Of a DNA stretch of 64,000 nt, positions 61,213 through 64,000 are shown piece by piece. Under the pieces are notes generated by a model. It was not told the DNA's origin and searched no databases. It saw only the letters and a list, made by a program, of their open reading frames with translations. Source of the DNA: a virus (lineage: Duplodnaviria; Heunggongvirae; Uroviricota; Caudoviricetes); the IMG/VR virus record IMGVR_UViG_2799113093_000010; one strand, given 5' to 3'. The position numbers and the translations under genes are program-made. The first letter of the stretch is position 1, and each line of letters begins with the position of its first letter.

Positions 61213-61905
61213 ATGAATCTACAGCCATCTGAGCGTTCACGGCAAGCTCTGTGCTGCGAATGCGGCCAGCTGCGAACATGTGTCCACCCCCGTAACCACG
61301 TGCTCGGTGGCTTGGGGCTCTACACGCCATTCGGTGACGGGCACCGCGAGGTGTGCGAGCTGAAATGCGACCACTGCGGACGACGTACCCGCCATGCCCT
61401 TCTCATGCGCGCTTACCAAGACCATGACGAGTGCATGCAGAAAGTGGCCCTCGGTGACCCCCACGATGGTTACACGGATGCCGAGTTGGATCGGTTGCGC
61501 GATAACTACCGAAACGGTCTGCCCCGCAACCCGTTTCTTGAGCACATGTTCTACACGGCGGACCTAGAGAAGGCGCGCGCCGCAGGCGATACGACCGCCA
61601 GAACGCTATGCGGAGAGGTTGTTGAGATAGACGACAGCCGCTTCGACTACGGGGCTATGCATGAGGTTCAGGACTACCGGGCGCCGGGCGAGGTTCGGGA
61701 CCAGGAATACGAAGACCCCAAGACGGGCCTGTGGTGGGTTGAGCAGGAATGCGTTGACTGCCTACGCATTTCGAATCAGATGGCCGCGAGATCCAAGCGT
61801 GATGAGCTATTGGGCGCTTTGTCGAACCTCCTAGCCAACCTACAGAACTATGACACGGCTTCGGTGGAACGGCTGCTGTCGGCGGTACAGGCGGTGGCAC
61901 GGTGA
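61213..61905 (+). CDS. hypothetical Cys-rich protein (about 230 aa)
   Basis: RBS GAGAACAGGAG before the ATG at 61213; motif CCECG...C...CDHCG. Confidence 0.45.
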   Translation: MNLQPSERSRQALCCECGQLRTCVHPRNHVLGGLGLYTPFGDGHREVCELKCDHCGRRTRHALLMRAYQDHDECMQKVALGDPHDGYTDAELDRLRDNYRNGLPRNPFLEHMFYTADLEKARAAGDTTARTLCGEVVEIDDSRFDYGAMHEVQDYRAPGEVRDQEYEDPKTGLWWVEQECVDCLRISNQMAARSKRDELLGALSNLLANLQNYDTASVERLLSAVQAVAR

Positions 61906-62213
61906 ACGTCAAATCGATGCCCATACAGGACATTCACGACGAGTTGTTCCGCCGCATGGTGGAGAACTATGACGCCACGGTTCCGTGCCAGCATCACGGC
62001 GGCTGTGACCGTCCGGCGAAGTGGGTGGCGGTGTTTCACGGAACCTGCCCAAGCGTCGCAGTGTGCACCCGCCACATGAAAGCGTGGGTGGCGACGATGA
62101 CCGAGGGGGTACGTGAGGGCCAGGACCTGGCGTGCTACCAGTGTCATCGGCGCTTCTTTTTCACCCTTAGTGAGCTGGTCACGTTCCACCGCCTCGACAG
62201 GGCAGGTGGGTGA
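61902..62213 (+). CDS. hypothetical Cys/His-rich protein (103 aa)
   Basis: GTG start overlaps the upstream stop (GTGA). Confidence 0.4.
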   Translation: MNVKSMPIQDIHDELFRRMVENYDATVPCQHHGGCDRPAKWVAVFHGTCPSVAVCTRHMKAWVATMTEGVREGQDLACYQCHRRFFFTLSELVTFHRLDRAGG

Positions 62214-62399
62214 GTGCACTTGGACTACGCCGAAGAGCTAGGGAGCCCCGCACGGGCCACCGCATACACGGTGACAGGCGCTGATCTGCGCGACTGCCCC
62301 GAGTGCGGTGAGCCTGCGGGGCTCCCGTGTAAGTGGCCTAACGGGCGGCGACGAAACATGCCCTGTTGGTCGCGGTGGCACCCTAAGGAGGCCGCGTGA
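62214..62399 (+). CDS. hypothetical small protein (61 aa)
   Basis: CPECGEPAGLPC motif. Confidence 0.35.
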   Translation: MHLDYAEELGSPARATAYTVTGADLRDCPECGEPAGLPCKWPNGRRRNMPCWSRWHPKEAA

Positions 62400-63151
62400 G
62401 CGAGTGGCATCGGCACACATGGAACAAAGGCATGCTCCGCTCTACGGACTTCTCGGCGGCGGACAAGCTGGCGCTGTGCTTCTGCGCGGTCTACTCGACG
62501 TACGGCACCGAGGACACGTTTAGCGTGCGCCAGAGCACCATTGCGGCCAATACAGGGCTAAGCGAGCGGTCGGTCCGGCACGCATTCAAGTTGGCCCGAG
62601 AGCTGGGCTGGCTGGAGCTGGTCACGGAGCGTCAGCGCGGCAGCCGAGGGAAGTCGGATCAGTATCGGCTAGTAATACCCGACACTGTGTCGCCTACTTG
62701 CCCCGTAGAAGTACCGGCAGAATATGCCGCTACTCCGATCGGTTTACCGGCAGAGAATGCACCCGAGTACCGGCAAAATATGTCAAAAGTACCGGAAGAG
62801 ACCGAAGCTCCTACCAGCGGAAATGACGCGCCTTTAGGTTATGTACTTAGGTTTTTAGAGGAGGGTGCGGCGACGCCGCCCCCCGCCCCCCTTCTCGATC
62901 ATCTCGGACAACCCCGCTGTCGTAAGCACTTCGGCGTAGAGAACCCACCCGACTGTCCGCCGTGCGGTCTGGAACGCGAACGCAAAGAGACCCTTGATCG
63001 ATTCAAGGCCGACCGCATCGAGGCAGAGCGCCGCGCCATCCGGGCCGCTATCGACAGCTGCCCCAACAAATGCGACGACGCGGGACGGCTAGACGACCTA
63101 TCCGATTGCCCCCTGCACCCGAACTTCCGACAGAAGAGGGACGTGGCATGA
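62396..63151 (+). CDS. winged-helix DNA-binding protein (251 aa)
   Basis: wHTH-like segment FSVRQSTIAANTGLSERSVRHAFKLARELGWLELV; C-terminal Cys cluster. Confidence 0.5.
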   Translation: MSEWHRHTWNKGMLRSTDFSAADKLALCFCAVYSTYGTEDTFSVRQSTIAANTGLSERSVRHAFKLARELGWLELVTERQRGSRGKSDQYRLVIPDTVSPTCPVEVPAEYAATPIGLPAENAPEYRQNMSKVPEETEAPTSGNDAPLGYVLRFLEEGAATPPPAPLLDHLGQPRCRKHFGVENPPDCPPCGLERERKETLDRFKADRIEAERRAIRAAIDSCPNKCDDAGRLDDLSDCPLHPNFRQKRDVA

Positions 63152-63315
63152 CGCAATTACGCCTGTATCAGAACTGCCCCATCTGCTACCGGTTGGTCAA
63201 CTCCTACGAATCGGCACCACGCCGATACGGCCATGACGCCTGCGGTAAGGCCCTTTTGAGCTGGAACTGGGAAGCCATGGACGACGACACCACTACCGAA
63301 AGCCAAGCGCAATGA
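63148..63315 (+). CDS. hypothetical small Cys protein (55 aa)
   Basis: ATGA coupling; motif CPICY...C. Confidence 0.35.
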   Translation: MTQLRLYQNCPICYRLVNSYESAPRRYGHDACGKALLSWNWEAMDDDTTTESQAQ

Positions 63316-63584
63316 CCAATGATGACGACGATCTGACAGCCGAAGAATGGGCCGAGGTATGCGTAGTGGCAGCCAGATTCGATTGGATCGTCACGCCTCC
63401 AACGAAGGCCGCCGATCTACTGCCGAAGATGCTGGAGATAAACGCACTCCAAAAGCTGGAGAACGAAATCATGGATGCCCACGGCGACTGGTTAGCGAGC
63501 ACCCGTCAGTACTTCGAGGAACGCGGGTGGCCCTGGACCACAGAGGAACTCAATAGGCGCTACCAGTTGGGGCAATGGCAGTGA
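63312..63584 (+). CDS. hypothetical protein (90 aa)
   Basis: ORF. Confidence 0.4.
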   Translation: MTNDDDDLTAEEWAEVCVVAARFDWIVTPPTKAADLLPKMLEINALQKLENEIMDAHGDWLASTRQYFEERGWPWTTEELNRRYQLGQWQ

Positions 63585-63991
63585 GCCGACTTGCTGAGGC
63601 GCGTGAACAGGCAGCGCAGGCGAAAGCTCAAGCGCTGGAGGATCAGCCGTGGTCCACGTTGTGTGATGTCTACGCGAGTGAGGGGGGTGTGGTGGCAGTG
63701 CCCACCCCCGCCGCGTCGGAGTTGATGGGTCGGCGGATGGCGTTCGACATGCTGGCATCCTCAGGTAACGCCGAGGACGTGCACCGCGTGTTCTACGAGT
63801 ACGTCTCGATTGTGGGTTCGCCCGCGTATGTGCTGCCGGTAGTGACCGGGGCGCTGATGGTGCTGGCGATAGAGATCTGCCAGGCCATGATTGGCGAGCT
63901 GGAGAACAAGAGCGACCCCGATCAACGCATCCATCTGGCCGACGCCGCGCGCATCGCGTGGTCTCTGCGGCTTGAGGGGGGCTCCGTTTGA
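63575..63991 (+). CDS. hypothetical protein (138 aa)
   Basis: ORF. Confidence 0.4.
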   Translation: MAVSRLAEAREQAAQAKAQALEDQPWSTLCDVYASEGGVVAVPTPAASELMGRRMAFDMLASSGNAEDVHRVFYEYVSIVGSPAYVLPVVTGALMVLAIEICQAMIGELENKSDPDQRIHLADAARIAWSLRLEGGSV

Positions 63992-64000
63992 AGAAGGCCG

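Overview
This GC-rich (about 65-67% GC) 64-kb window is almost entirely the genome of a temperate, siphovirus-like actinobacteriophage of the mycobacteriophage type. The integrase (58919..60082) sits in the middle of phage genes, next to an attP-like fragment consisting of the 3' 45 nt of a tRNA (58806..58850). The window is therefore phage DNA in its unintegrated arrangement rather than a prophage-host junction. Almost all genes are on the minus strand, in two long leftward blocks. The first is an early/replication block (58385 down to 27488) headed by a Cro-like HTH gene. The second is a late block (26581 down to 1): an XRE HTH gene followed by a 530-bp noncoding region, small genes, an HNH-kinase gene, a candidate cos region, a ParB-methylase fusion, TerS, TerL, portal, HK97-type protease, major capsid, head-tail connectors, major tail, frameshifted tail assembly chaperones, a 1429-aa tape measure protein and minor tail proteins. 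The last minor tail gene runs off the left edge and is missing from the ORF track. Plus-strand islands are a Dam-family methyltransferase (26704..27501), a CI-like repressor (58477..58824) and an Xis-led rightward operon (60868 to the end). Many of the >=60-aa ORFs in the supplied track are antisense or frame-shadow artefacts of high GC. Real genes were chosen by GC3 codon pattern, ATGA/GTGA/TAGTG translational coupling, RBS and recognisable motifs. The most unusual content is a Ro60 (TROVE+vWA) gene directly preceded by a tandem array of three tRNA-mimicking Y-RNA-like ncRNAs plus one truncated unit. Other notable features are a pair of diverged paralogous putative Fe(II)/2OG dioxygenase genes, an iteron-like repeat array inside a putative replication-initiator gene that is translationally coupled to a J-domain protein, a Pol-beta nucleotidyltransferase gene cluster, a Dam-family methyltransferase convergent with an unknown 266-aa gene, and an intrinsic terminator between the protease and capsid genes.
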